64,000 nt of DNA, from NCBI RefSeq assembly GCF_016433145.1, contig NC_058133.1, positions 478,672,689-478,736,688 on the forward strand, in the 5' to 3' direction. The translations under genes were made by a program, and so were the position numbers. Shown one piece after another: positions 1 through 12,040 of the stretch. The DNA is from Gracilinanus agilis (taxonomy: Eukaryota). Positions within the stretch are counted from its first letter, which is position 1. Every line of letters starts with the position of its first letter. The notes under the pieces were generated by a model. That model was given only the letters and a program-made list of their open reading frames with translations. It was not told where the DNA came from and searched no databases.

Positions 1-429
1 TTCATTTTCACCACAATCTTGCAAGGTAGGCAAGGTTGTTTTTTATCCCCATTCTACCCATGAGAGAAATTCGTCTTGAGGTATATGGTGTGAGATGTTG
101 GTCTAAACCAATTGTTAATAGATTGTTTCCTGGTTTTTCCAACAGTTTTGTTGAAGAGAGTCCTTATCTTAGTAGGTGATTTCTTTGAGTTTACCAAAGT
201 TGATACTGCCATGTTTAACTGCTTCTGTATCAGAGTTAAGTGAAAAGAAGGCAGGAAAAGAATTTATACAATGATGGAAATAATATGGAAAGAAGCAATG
301 CTGAGATAATTGAGAATGCTGATCAGCACAATGACTAATCTTGATTTTCAGAAGATTGATGACAAAGCTGACTCCTCACATTTAGCAGAGTTCATAGACT
401 GGAGAAGACTAGAAAAGCTTTATTTTGCT

Positions 430-600
430 GAATTTAAATGTGACCTCAGATACTTACCCTGATTGCCTCTGTTTCCTTGTCTAAAAAATGAGCTGGAGAA
501 AGAAATGGGGAAGTATTCCAGTATCCCTGCCAAGAAAACCTCAAATTGGGTCACAAGGAGTTGGAATTGACTGAAAAATGACTGGTTGACAGCAACTTTT
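430..600 (+). mobile_element. MAR1-like SINE
   Basis: RTE-derived tail ggagaaagaaatggggaagtattccagtatccctgccaagaaaacc. Confidence 0.65.
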
Positions 601-784
601 GCTTCATTAGGCAGGCTTCTTTTTGGGGGAAGGAATAGGCATTGGTAGATAGTAATAGTGATGCAAAAAAAGAAAAGGATATGTAAAAAGTTTTTAAAGT
701 ACACAGGGAAAAAAACAGAAAGTTCAAAAGGAAGACAGGCAAGAGATTTTGCTTAAAATTGTGATAAGTTTAATACATACCCTT

Positions 785-980
785 TTTTTAACCCTTACCT
801 GCTATCTTAGAATTGATACTAAGTATTGATCCCAAAGCAGAAGAGTGGAAAGGGCTGGGCAGTTGAAGTTAAGTGATTTGCCCAGGGTCACACAGCCAGG
901 AAATATCTGAGGCCAGATTTGAAGTCAAATCTTCCCCACTCCAGGTCTGGTGCTCTATCCACCAAGCCACCTGACTACCC
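785..980 (-). mobile_element. SINE1_Mdo-like SINE
   Basis: ttttaacccttacc...gaagagtggaaagggctgggc...gcccagggtcacacagc. Confidence 0.75.
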
Positions 981-3900
981 CTCAATACATACTTAATAGA
1001 TTATATCTAGCAGAGGGTCATAGATTCATATGCTCTTCTCTTTTCTCATTTTATATACTGAAATGTTTGTGTTTGTTGATATTTTTGATGTTCACAATAA
1101 AAAATTTTAATATAAAAATGAGCATATATATAAAATTTAAATAAATTAAAATAAGTTTATAAAGAATATTAATAAATAATGATAAAATGAAATGAACTAA
1201 ATAAAATTTAATATGAAAATGAGCATATAATATAAAAATGAGATTATTTTTCTCTATTAAAGAATTTGTGGAAGATGTGTCTTACATTCCCTTGTGGTCA
1301 GTGGATTGGTTTATAGAATCCATTCTGGTCCTGGGGTAGGTCTGGATTGTGGCTCTTCTCTGTGACCAAAGCTGAGAGTCACTCTCTCTCTGTCTCATAT
1401 GTTGAGGCAAATGGGACATAGAGAGATCCAAGTGAATGTGGTGACCCAACGCAGGTGAAGCCTCAAGGAGTGTCCTCAACTAGACATGGAACTAAAGGTT
1501 AAATATTACCATAAACACAAAGAAACATTTTAGTCAAAACTGTACCTATTCATTCTCCCCTTCCTAACTTGGAAAGTCCCTAATATTTCATTCAATTAGA
1601 AATCAGATTATCTAATATTGTTGTTCCTTTAATTAATTGGCCTGATTTGATTGTTTTTAATGTATAAAAATACATCTCCCTCTTTCTCAGGGTCCAGTCC
1701 GAAGCTTAAGGAGGAGCTTGGTCCCAATTTGTTGGGCAATTGACATGCATTGCTTAATAAAATCAATATGATCAGAAGATCAAACCTTTGTTTCCTCAAT
1801 CATTTCATCTTTTGCTTGTTACATCAGGGCATCCTTGGGCAAGTCAGTCAACCATCTTCATCCTTGAAATCTGCTCTTCTTACTTTATCCAAAATATCTC
1901 CTGATCTCCTTCCTAGCCCTCGAGGATCTTTTCACGTGGAGGTTCAGTTGGCACTCAAACCCAAAACACCACAAGCACAGCTCATTATCTTCATTTTAAA
2001 TTTGCTTTCTTTTTCAGTTCTCTCCTTCCTTTGAGGGTTCTGTCATCCTTTCAGGTACCCTGGTTTGGAACTTCAGAGTCATTCTCAGCCTTCACCTACT
2101 ATATCTGGTCAAATCCTGTCAATTTTATTTCTATAGCATCCCTGGCCCCATCCCCTTTTTTCTCCTTTTAAATGGCTATCACTCTAATGTAGACCCTCCT
2201 CATTTCTCACCAGAACTATTGGAATATCTTTCTGATTGCTTACCTTGTCTGTCCAATGCCTTTATAGATTCTGTCTAATCCTTTCTTTATCCAGCTATTA
2301 AACTGGCATTCCTGAAGCATAGATCTGACCACTAGAGTTCAAGAGTCACCAGAGTTCAAGAAGCTCCAGTGTTTCTCTGTTGCTTCTAAAATCACATATA
2401 AAGCCATTTGTTTGGTATTTAATACTATTCAACAATCCTTTCTGAATGTTTCCTTGAATATGTCTGTCTGACTCCCTCTTTCTCTCTGTTTCTTTCTGTT
2501 TTTCTCTATATATGTCTGTCTCTATTTCTCTTCCTCTCTCTCTCTTTGTCTTTCTCTGTTTCTATCTTTATCTCTTTCTAACTCTGTCTCTATCTCTCTT
2601 CCTTTACTTTCACCTCCCCCTTCCTTTCCCTCACTGGACTTCTTTTTGATTGGAGAATCACAAGATATCTTCAGCCAATCCAAACACTTTCTGTCATCAC
2701 ACCTGTTCCTCCAAGAATATGTCTCATATAATCTAAAGTTTTGCATTGATTGGCTGCTTGAGTCTTGTTCTTATCTTAGCCACTTGATTTTTTTATTCAA
2801 TCAACAGTCTACCTTTATTTAAAAAAAAGATAGTATGTATATGAAAATATTCAACTTAATAAAATTTCATTTGGAAGCTAAAAGTGTCAGAGCCAGGACA
2901 AGATTTCATATGTGCTCATTCCAGATCATATTAGCCAATTTAGTAGAGATTCCTCCAACATTAAAAAAAATTGCTAGGTAACTGTTAAATCCACTGACTC
3001 CATGCAGAGGCCCAACTTAGCTAAGTTATATGCCATCATTCAGGTGGTGAAGATAGGATTTGAAACTAGTTATTCTGGTTCCTAGGGCAGCATTTTTCTT
3101 CAGCTGTCACATTATATAAAATAATTCCCATTCTAATGGACTCTTTCCTCATTCACTTTCCCTCTCCACTAAATTTCCATATCTCTTACATATATATTAT
3201 TTCCTGACTGTTCCCTGATAATATTACAGAATCATAGAATTTGATGGGGACCCCCAGGAGCCATTTGGTCTAAGATATACTTTGAAAGAAACCTTCTGTT
3301 TAATGACCTTCAAGGAGAGGAACCAATTGTCATTTGAGGGAACTGGTTCCAGTTTTGGCTGGCTCTATTTATTAGGAAGTTTTTCCTATTATCAAGCATT
3401 CCTTTGCCTCTTTATCTCTTCCACCCATTGCTCATGGCAGGCATAAATAGTACAAGTCTGATACCTCTTCCTCATACCCCACTCCTCAGATATTTGAATA
3501 CAGGTTAATGACATCCATGAACTTTTTTTCTCTTCTTACCAGCCATCCTCAAACTCATTCTTGAGTGACAGGAACTCTAGGTCCTTTCTCTTTTTAATTT
3601 CCCTCCTCTGAACATTATCCAGCTTCCCAATATTCTCCTCAAACTGTGGAGTTCAGAGTTGAACATAGTACTATCCTTATTCTGGAAGCTCTGCCTCTCA
3701 ATGTAGAACATTAGATATTTAGAGGTCCCATCAAGGTACTGACTCAAATTGAGATTGTAGCATATTTCAACTGCCATATTTTTTCTTCCAGAGCAAATGG
3801 TCTGTAACCAGTCCTCCTATATCTGGCATAATAGAAGAACTCCCCTTTATCAATTCTATTTCTCCTAAGAAAACCAAAACACACAAAACTTATGACTTGA

Positions 3901-4199
3901 AAAGGTTTTATTCTGAAGTATTTGTCCAACATCTGATGTTCTTGTAATCCAAGAGATGGCCTGAAGACTCAAGGATCCAGATCTTGCCTGCTAATAGAGG
4001 TCCCCATGGGGGATAAGTGTCCTCCAAAAATTCAAATACTACCAATAAATACCAAAAGGTGCCACCAAATAATTTACATAAATTAAATATCACTAAGATC
4101 TCAGGAACGCTAGACTCTGGGGAGATTGCTTCTGACTGTAGAATTCTTTTACTTGATCCATTTCTCTTTAAGATTCGTTGTCACAGGCTCCTTAGCCCC

Positions 4200-5535
4200 T
4201 CAGTTCAGCTCTGGATCATCTCTGTACTTTTGAACCCAGTCATCACTGGGGTTGGCACACACCTGCCGGCCCTTTTTGGTCTGGAAACTGTGGAGGAAAA
4301 GGAAAAGAGAGGAGATGAGAAGCCTAGGAGTTTTTTAGCTAGAGATGAACCAGAAGGTCTCTGTGCTTCCCTCTTCCCAACTTTCTCTTTATTTCTGGAA
4401 GGGATTAAGAAACACTCTCTTCTTTCTGAAACCTCATCAGGCTCATTGAGTCTAACTTTTGCTTTCTAGAGACATCCCCAGGAGAGATTATCTCAGTCTC
4501 TCCTTCCTGCCCTCAGATTCCTGTTGCTTCAGTTTATCCCTCTCCATTGGGAGGAGTTTCTCCTATCTTGCTCCTGGGAGAAGCAAATTTTGATATAGGA
4601 CTTACATGGGCTTTTGCTCTCCCTTGTATCCACAGTTGAGTTGCCCGATCTATACATTCTGCTAAATTGCCAAATGGCCCCATTTCCTCTTCCATCATCT
4701 CTCCCTAAGGGGACTAAAGTAAGTAGATACTCACACCACAGCTGGTTGAGAGCACAAGATGCTGGTCTCATAAAAGTCTGTCACAAATTTCCTAGGAATC
4801 TGTTTTCTGACATAAGAGAAGCAGCAGGATATAGGAGAATCAGAGCCCACTGTAAAAAAAAAAGGGGGGGGGGGAGTCGTGAGATTAGGACAGTCATATG
4901 TTCATACTATACATTCCTTAGATGCTGACCTACTCTTAGAGACATGCTTTTCTTCTGGCATAGTAGGGATGTCACCGCTCATGTTTCCCCTTAAGTGTCA
5001 GGTGTGATTCTCTGTGTATGGAGAGGAATCAGACCTGCTAATCCCATTCCCATCCATGCAAAAAAAAAAACAGGAAGAATTAGAGCCAGATGGGATGTCA
5101 GAGATCTACTCATCCAGTTCTTGACTTTTAAAGAGGAAGATTCTTGTCACAAGGGTAGTTAATGGCAGTCAGAACTAGAACCTAGCTAACCTAGCTGACC
5201 AGGCTATTGCTCTTTCCATCTCTTGTCCTGTCTTGATCTTACATGTTATATGCTAGTTAAGCAAATACTGTCAAAAGCACGTTGTTGCTTTCAAGTTCAA
5301 AAGGCATAAACCTTTCTGGTCCTGCTCCTCCCTTTCGGTCCTCCTTCTCTCCACTCTCACCAGATCTCATGATCTGACTGGGCTCACTCTCTGTCAGAGC
5401 TCTGTGCTACTTATGATCACAGCCTGGGCACATCCACAGAAAGCAGGAGAAAACTCACTTACTTGGTGCAGAAGATGCCAGAGAGGTGAACGCCATGACC
5501 ATAAGGATGGAGAGGGCAGCCACAGAGACTTTCAT
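4200..5535 (-). CDS. CCL4: CCL4-like CC chemokine, copy 1 (most divergent), 91 aa
   Basis: Exons 5463-5535, 4735-4849, 4200-4287 (73+115+88 nt), GT-AG introns. Protein [91 protein letters not shown]. Four Cys, CC motif. TATA 5624-5629, AATAAA 3907-3912. Confidence 0.93.
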
Positions 5536-5599
5536 GGTCCTGAGAGAAGAGAGGTTGGAGGAACAGAGCATAAGTTAAGAGGCTCTGGAGGTCTGTGTC

Positions 5600-5880
5600 T
5601 CTGTCTCATGTTTGGGACCTCTCTTTATAAGGGCCTCTGGGAATATCCAGAAAGATCAATGGAACAGAAAAGGAGTGGAAATTCCAGGGTTGAGCTGATG
5701 TCATGGTGGAAATTGGAAACTGAAAAGTGAGCCCAGGAAATGTAAGTCTGGTGCTAAAGACTGAGGTTCTCTTCCCCAATGCAGTTTCATCATGGGGGAA
5801 AGAGGAGGAGGGATAGAGAAAGGAGAAATGTATGTGTGGTAGAGTGGCAAAGGTGCTGAGGGGGAAGTGGTGAGCTTATA
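5600..5880 (-). promoter_or_regulatory. Copy 1 proximal promoter
   Basis: TATA 5624-5629; kB-like GGAAATTCC 5677-5685; CRE-like TGATGTCA 5696-5703; ISRE GAAACTGAAA 5716-5725; ETS CAGGAAAT ~5734; RUNX TGTGGT 5835-5840; PU.1-like GGGGAAGTG ~5861. Confidence 0.75.
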
Positions 5881-8399
5881 ACAGCAACCAAGACAAAGGA
5901 AATATGCAAAATTGAATTAAAAGGAGAGCTTAGTCGACCATTGTTTTGGAGGCATCTTCAACATGACCTTCATACTTTTTGGATATCATAACTGCCTAGA
6001 GCCTAAGATTACAGATTGAGAGCTATTAGGGATCTAGATGATTTAGCTCAACACCTTCATTTTCTAGCTAAGGAAACTGTGGCCCAGAGAAGTGACTTAT
6101 CCAAGGTTCCACCAGGAGTCAGAAGCAGATCTTGGATATGGTCTCCAGTCTGCAGGCTCTACATCTTTCCACTCCATACAGAGAAAACACCTATGGTCTT
6201 ATGATGAGCCCCGTGGAAATTTCTTGTGGAAATGGTGGTCAGAGCAGGAACAGACAATGAGTATTCCTAGTCTTGGTTCATTCTTTTATCTACCTTCTTA
6301 TATATTACTATTAGGATATATTTGGACAGCTTTTTAAGTCTATTAACATCAATTCGTTTCATCCTCACAATAATCCTGTGAAGTAGGCAAGGGTGGCGTT
6401 CTTATCCACAATTTCTTTATGGGGAAATGAAGATAGAGTGTCAGAGATAAAGCTCTAGACTTGAAGACAAGAAGACCTGGCTGGGTTCCTATCTCTAAAT
6501 TTTACTAGATATGTGATGTTTAGCCTCACAGGCAACACACAAAAGAGGACCTGTAGAAAATTGCTATAAAATTGTCATGTGTTGTTATTATAAAGTGTCT
6601 TGTCCAAGTTTGAAAAACTAGTGAGTAACTGATTCAGCCTCAGACTTTGTGACCTCAGTCAGGGTTATAACTGTGACGAACACTCTCATAGGGAGGAAGC
6701 AGTGAGATTCTCTAATGGGAGTGTGGGTATGAAATAATGGCTAAAATGATTAGGTATTGGTTAATACAACACCCTCATGAATAAATGCCTTTTTTTGAAA
6801 AATGAAAATAAAGTTCACTCCAAATCAATAAAACCAGATGTAGAGAGATGATAAAAATAGCAAATGGCCCTGAATGAATTCAGGAATGGTTGTGACAGGA
6901 AAGACATCTCTTTCTATTTTCTTCCCTTTTGCTTATGACAATACTTTTCATATCTAGTCCTGAGGTCTCATTGAAGGATTTTGTAGTTTGTAGTGTAATA
7001 TGCTGGTCTAAGTCTGATTTCTGCCTAATCACCTTCCAGTTTTTTCAGAACTTTCCATCAAATACAGAATCCTTCCCCACATAGATGATGGTCTTGGGTT
7101 AGCAAAACTCTCTTTTGCTATTGTCAGAAGCTTCTGATTCAGAATGAAGTAAATGAAACCAGAAGAACTGCTGCAATGACTATGATATTATAGATGAAAG
7201 TAACTTTGAACAATTCAAGAATGCTGGTCACTGCAGTGACCAATCATCCCATCAGAAGACCAAAGATAAAGAAAGTTTCTTCTCTTTGATCAGGTAGGTG
7301 ATGGGCTAGAAGCACCAAATAATACAAGTCTTTTTAGTCATGGTCAAGGTTTTGGATTGCCATGTTAATTATATTTAATATGTCATGAAAGGGTTTCTTT
7401 TGGGAAGTGGTAGAAAATGATAGTAATCCAAAAAAGAACAAAAGAGCATGAATGAAAAAAAACACAGAGGAGAACAGAAAGGACAGATTAAGATACCAGA
7501 AATTAGGGGAATTGGCCTACTATTGTGATAAACTTAATAAATATTTTAAAATAAACTATTCAGCTGAAGTTCACAGATTCAGACACCCTCTTCTTTTCTG
7601 TTCTTTGTATTTTATATTCAGATGTGAATATTCATTAGTATTTTAATGTTCAACATAAAAAGAAACATTTTATAGGCTATGAGAGTCATCACAATTTTTT
7701 GGCACAAAAGAAATTAGGAGAGACACTATGGCATAAGTTTGATAATAACTCCCTTATGGCCAGTGTTTTGGTTTGTAAAACTTTTCATGTCTTGGTATAG
7801 ACTTGGACTGTAGTTCTTCTCTGTGGTCAGGGCTTCCTCTCCCTCCCTGGGATGAGAGTCACAAGTCACTCTCCCTCTCTCATCCTCAGTGTCCTGATGT
7901 CTAAATGAGGATACCTAGGACATAGAGAGATGCAAGCATGGGTAGAAACAAAATAAAGGCCAAAGGCACAGAGAGAATGTTTTCAAAGAGAAAGGGAAAA
8001 GGGTTAATGTCATGGCAAACCCTCAAAACATCTTAATCAGACTTCCATTGGAAGGAGCAATGTTGTCTGAACCCTCGGAGAGGGAAGGAAAAGAGAAGGA
8101 AAGAAGGTCTCACTACATTCTCCTGAGCCAAGACCAATGTGGGAGGAAGAAATCAGCCTGGGTTCTGGGATTTTCCCTTAAAAGTAGGAAGCAAAAAAGG
8201 ACTTCTTGTTTCATTGAGTTTCACTGAGAAATGGGATCCCACTCTCATAGCAAGTCAGGCCAGATTTTGTGGGTTTCCTGCCCTTTCTTCTCTTGTATGG
8301 GTCATGTGCTATATTGGGTAGAGGAGGGATGAGATTAAAATCCTGCCTCTGACATTTATAAACAGGATACTCCTGACAAGTCACTCAATCATGTTTGTC

Positions 8400-9075
8400 C
8401 TTGAAATGCCCTCACTCTTCTCCATAATCCTTAAAATCCTCTGATCTCCTTTCTGAGCCCCACTTCCACATCACCAACTGCCTGGATAAACACTTCACCT
8501 GGAGGTCCCATTACCATTATGAACCCAACATACTCCAAGCAGAACTCATTATCTTCCTTCCAAATCCAGCTTCCTTTTCAGTTCCACTCTCTAGAGTTTT
8601 CCTCAACCTTTCTTCCCCTATATCCAGGCACTTATCAAATCTTGGTTAACTTTCCCGTAATAGATTCTCCTGAACCATTTCCTTTTCTCCACTGAAATGG
8701 CCACCAAGCTAATAAAGTAACTCCTCATCTCTCTCCTAGACTCAGAATATCTTTCTGTTTGGTCTCCTTGCCCTCTCCAAGCTCTCAACTCCCCAGTTTT
8801 CTTCAAGTCTCTCCTCAAGTGCTACCTCCTAGAAGAAGCCATTCCGGATTCCCCCAATAGTTGATATTCCTCCTTGCCCCCTGGAATTTCTTTATATTAA
8901 ATTCTTCAGTAAAGTTTAAAATATATTTCTCTGGCTCCATGTTGTTTTCTTCCATCGGACCATGTTCCAAAAGTCTTTCAGGGTTGATTATCACATTTAT
9001 ATCTCTGGACCCTCACCACCTAGCACAATGCTAAGTATAGAATAGTCACTTAATAAAAGCTTATTGAATTTCAAT
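8400..9075 (+). mobile_element. L2 LINE 3' fragments
   Basis: L2-like body and terminal tagcacaatgctaagtatagaatagtcacttaataaaagcttattga. Confidence 0.6.
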
Positions 9076-11183
9076 GAATGTTGTAGGGAAGGTAGCTCTC
9101 CTACATGGAAGATAGGTTTTATTGACCTCACTGTTCCTGCCAGCCCTGCATTTCTCTAATTCTACAACGTGCTCAAGAAACTATATATAATGATAGTAAC
9201 CAACTTTGGCCCATAGTTGATTTGTTTTTTTTTTAAACCCTTAACTTCTGTGTATTGGCTCCTAGGTGGAAGAGTGGTAAGGGTGGGCAATGGGGGTCAA
9301 GTGACTTGCCCAGGGTCACACACCCATAGAAGAGTTGAAAAAGTGGAAATTTGGAGATGTGGAACATTGGATAAACTGCCCAACATGGTTTTTGATGTGT
9401 TGATAAGTTTTGCTGAAGTTATCTCCCTTCATTTTAAAATATTTGTTGCAAGGGATGACTCATTGGGTATAAAACATTCAGAAATGAGCCATGTTAAAAA
9501 TATCTTAACAAAAATAGAATTAACTTGTAAAAAGAGAGCAAGAAAAATACAGACACATTCTTTGCACATCTCCATTGTTTCTGGGGCCATGAAAAGCCTC
9601 TCACATTTTTAGAGATTCACTGTCACACCCTGTAATGGCCATTCTGGTCTAAAAGAGTAGATTACATGCTGGTATTGAAATCAGAGAGCTATGTTTGAAT
9701 CCTGTCTTGAACACGTCCTGGCTTTATATTCATGGGAAAATCAATTAATCTCATATTTTTTTTCTCTTCAACAACTTTGTGCTGTGGGGAGTGAAAGGAA
9801 AATGATAACATCATTCACAAACACCACCTGCCAATAAAACACAACAAAAATAGCAAAGAATAATAACCATTTCCTCAATAAAACCATTTACAATTTAAAA
9901 AGCATGCTCTTCTGCCCTTATTATATCATGTTTGTCTCAGTGTAGTATTAAGGGGCAACCAAGATAGAAAGGTTGAATGAATTGCCAAAGATCACACAGT
10001 TATTGTATGGCAGAATCCAAGAGGAAATGTCGAAGACAAGTGGATGCCTTTTAGGAACTTAGTTCATGATCCTCATCACAATCCTGTGAGGTTGCACGTT
10101 AGCAAGTAATATCATACCCCTAGGACAAATTGAGAGCTGGAGACATAAATAAGTGACAAGGCTTGAAGGCTTACTATTGTAAAAAAAATGTGTTCATATA
10201 TATGTATATATGATATACATTTTTGTATGTGTGCATATGTGTATATATATGCAACTGAAATGCATAGATTCAAATTCTCTCTTCTTTTCTCTTTGTATAT
10301 TAAAAGATTGATGTGTGTTGATATTTTAGTGTTGAAAACAAAAAAAGAAAATAGTTTCGGGCTATGAAGGTCACAGCAATTTTTCTGTATCAAAGAAACT
10401 GGAGGAGAAATCACTCCACAAGTCTGGAAACCATTCTCATATGACGCCTGGCTTGTCTTGGAGAACTCTGCCTTGCCCTGGCATAAGCCCCGTCTGTGGC
10501 TTTTGGGCTTCCCCTTCCCCTCTGCACTGAGAATCACAAGTCACCCTCCCACACTCAGCCTCTGTGACCTCAGTGAATTGAGGTACAAAGGACAGAGACC
10601 CAAGTGTAGGAAAGGACCCAATAAAGGTTGATGCCACAGAGACAGTGTCCTCCAAGAGACAGGGATTTAGGGTTAATCATTGTCATATCTGGACTGTAGG
10701 AAACCATGGTGCTGCTTCAACTCTGGGAGTGGGGGGAGGTAGAGAAGGAAATGTGTGTCGCTACAGTCTCTTGCCTCATACAAAAATAGGCAGGAGGAAA
10801 TGAGACTGAGGTCTTGTAGGCTCCCTTAGCAGCAAGAAGAAAGAGAGAACATATGCTTTCTCCCCTGAGTTTCAGTTAGAAATGGGGATCCCACTGAGAG
10901 GACAAGACTGACCGGATTTTGTGGATTTCCAAGGAGATCAGACAGCAGGCTATAACTTACTTTAGTAGGGACAGAGTGACTTGATTGATTTTTCTAAATC
11001 TTCATCCTAACCTTACAAAAAATGCAGAAACACTAAATATAAATGCTTTTGCTTTTGTTTGTTGCTGTTGTTTTTTAATCTAAAGCTGGAATAAGAACAC
11101 CAGTCTTGTGATTTGAAATTGAAATTGGCCAATTTATTCTAGATTTCTCTTCCAACAACAAAAATGCTTTTAAAATTGCTGTT

Positions 11184-11396
11184 GGGGGCAGCTGGGTGGC
11201 TCAGTGGATTGAGAGCCAGACCTAGAGATGGGAGGTCCTGGGTTCAAATCTGACCTCAGACACTTCCTAACTATTTGACTTTGGGCAAGTCACTTACTGT
11301 CCATTGCCTAGCCCTTACTGTTCTTCTGCCTTGGAACCAATACTTTGTATTGGTTCTAGGACAGACGGTAAGGGTTTTTTAAAAAAATAAAATAAA
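11184..11396 (+). mobile_element. SINE1_Mdo-like SINE, full length
   Basis: gggggcagctgggtggctcagtggattgagagcc to ggtaagggtttttt, A-tail, flanking ttgctgtt duplication. Confidence 0.85.
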
Positions 11397-11784
11397 GTTG
11401 CTGTTAAGCCCTTTGAATTCAAGAGACCCAGAATGAGTAAACAACTCCCCATGGTTACAGCTTTATAAAGCCAGAATTTGAACACAGGCAATCTGACTCC
11501 AAATAAAAGTATATTTTTCTGGTGTTGTGCTTTTTGAGAAAATACCCATTCTGATTAAACCTTTTCCAGTTTTCTCTCTCTTTCTCCTTCACTTTCCTTG
11601 GTTCCTTGGAAAAACTCCTAAGCAATAGCTATTTTATGCCCATACCCTGACAACATCACAGAATCACAGAATTTGAGTTTTTGAAGGGACTGCACTCATC
11701 TACTCCAAAAAGTGCTTGAAAGAAACCCCCACTATTACACCTCTGAAAGGGGCCACTTAGCTTCTATTTAAAGGCCACCATAGC

Positions 11785-12040
11785 TTGAGGCTGTTGTTCA
11801 GTCAGTTTTAGTCATGTCTAACTCTTCATAACCCCATTTGGGGGTTTTTTGGGAGGGATATTGGAATGGTTTGCATTTCCTTTTCCAGCTCATTTTATAA
11901 ATGAGGAACTAATGCAAACAGGGTTGTGTCTTGCCCAGAGTCACACAGCTAGAAGTGTCTGAGGCCAGATTTAAATTCAATATGAACCCTCTGGATTCAA
12001 AGCTCATTGCTCTATCTATTGCTGCACCACTTAGCTGCCC
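11785..12040 (-). mobile_element. MAR1-like SINE
   Basis: Reverse-complement MAR1 tail and core. Confidence 0.7.

Noticed and set aside
1090-1250. AT-rich repeats of aaaatgagcatata as a spaced array
   Set aside because: Low-complexity slippage duplication without regular spacers; CRISPR is not applicable to this eukaryotic DNA.
4017-4469. 150-aa plus-strand ORF, and analogous antisense ORFs over CCL4 exons (4614-4928, 12783-12992, 20214-20495, 32301-32585)
   Set aside because: Antisense shadows of the chemokine exons, not conserved in start or length between copies.
8012-8227. Similar short ORFs in the distal module (also 15740-15949 and 25447-25683: RSHYILLSQ...LGFSL.SRKQ.RT)
   Set aside because: Starts, lengths and frames differ, indels break the frame in other copies, and there is no splice or codon pattern; the similarity follows from DNA paralogy.
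11184-11260. tRNA-like A/B boxes
   Set aside because: Head of a tRNA-derived SINE, not a tRNA gene.
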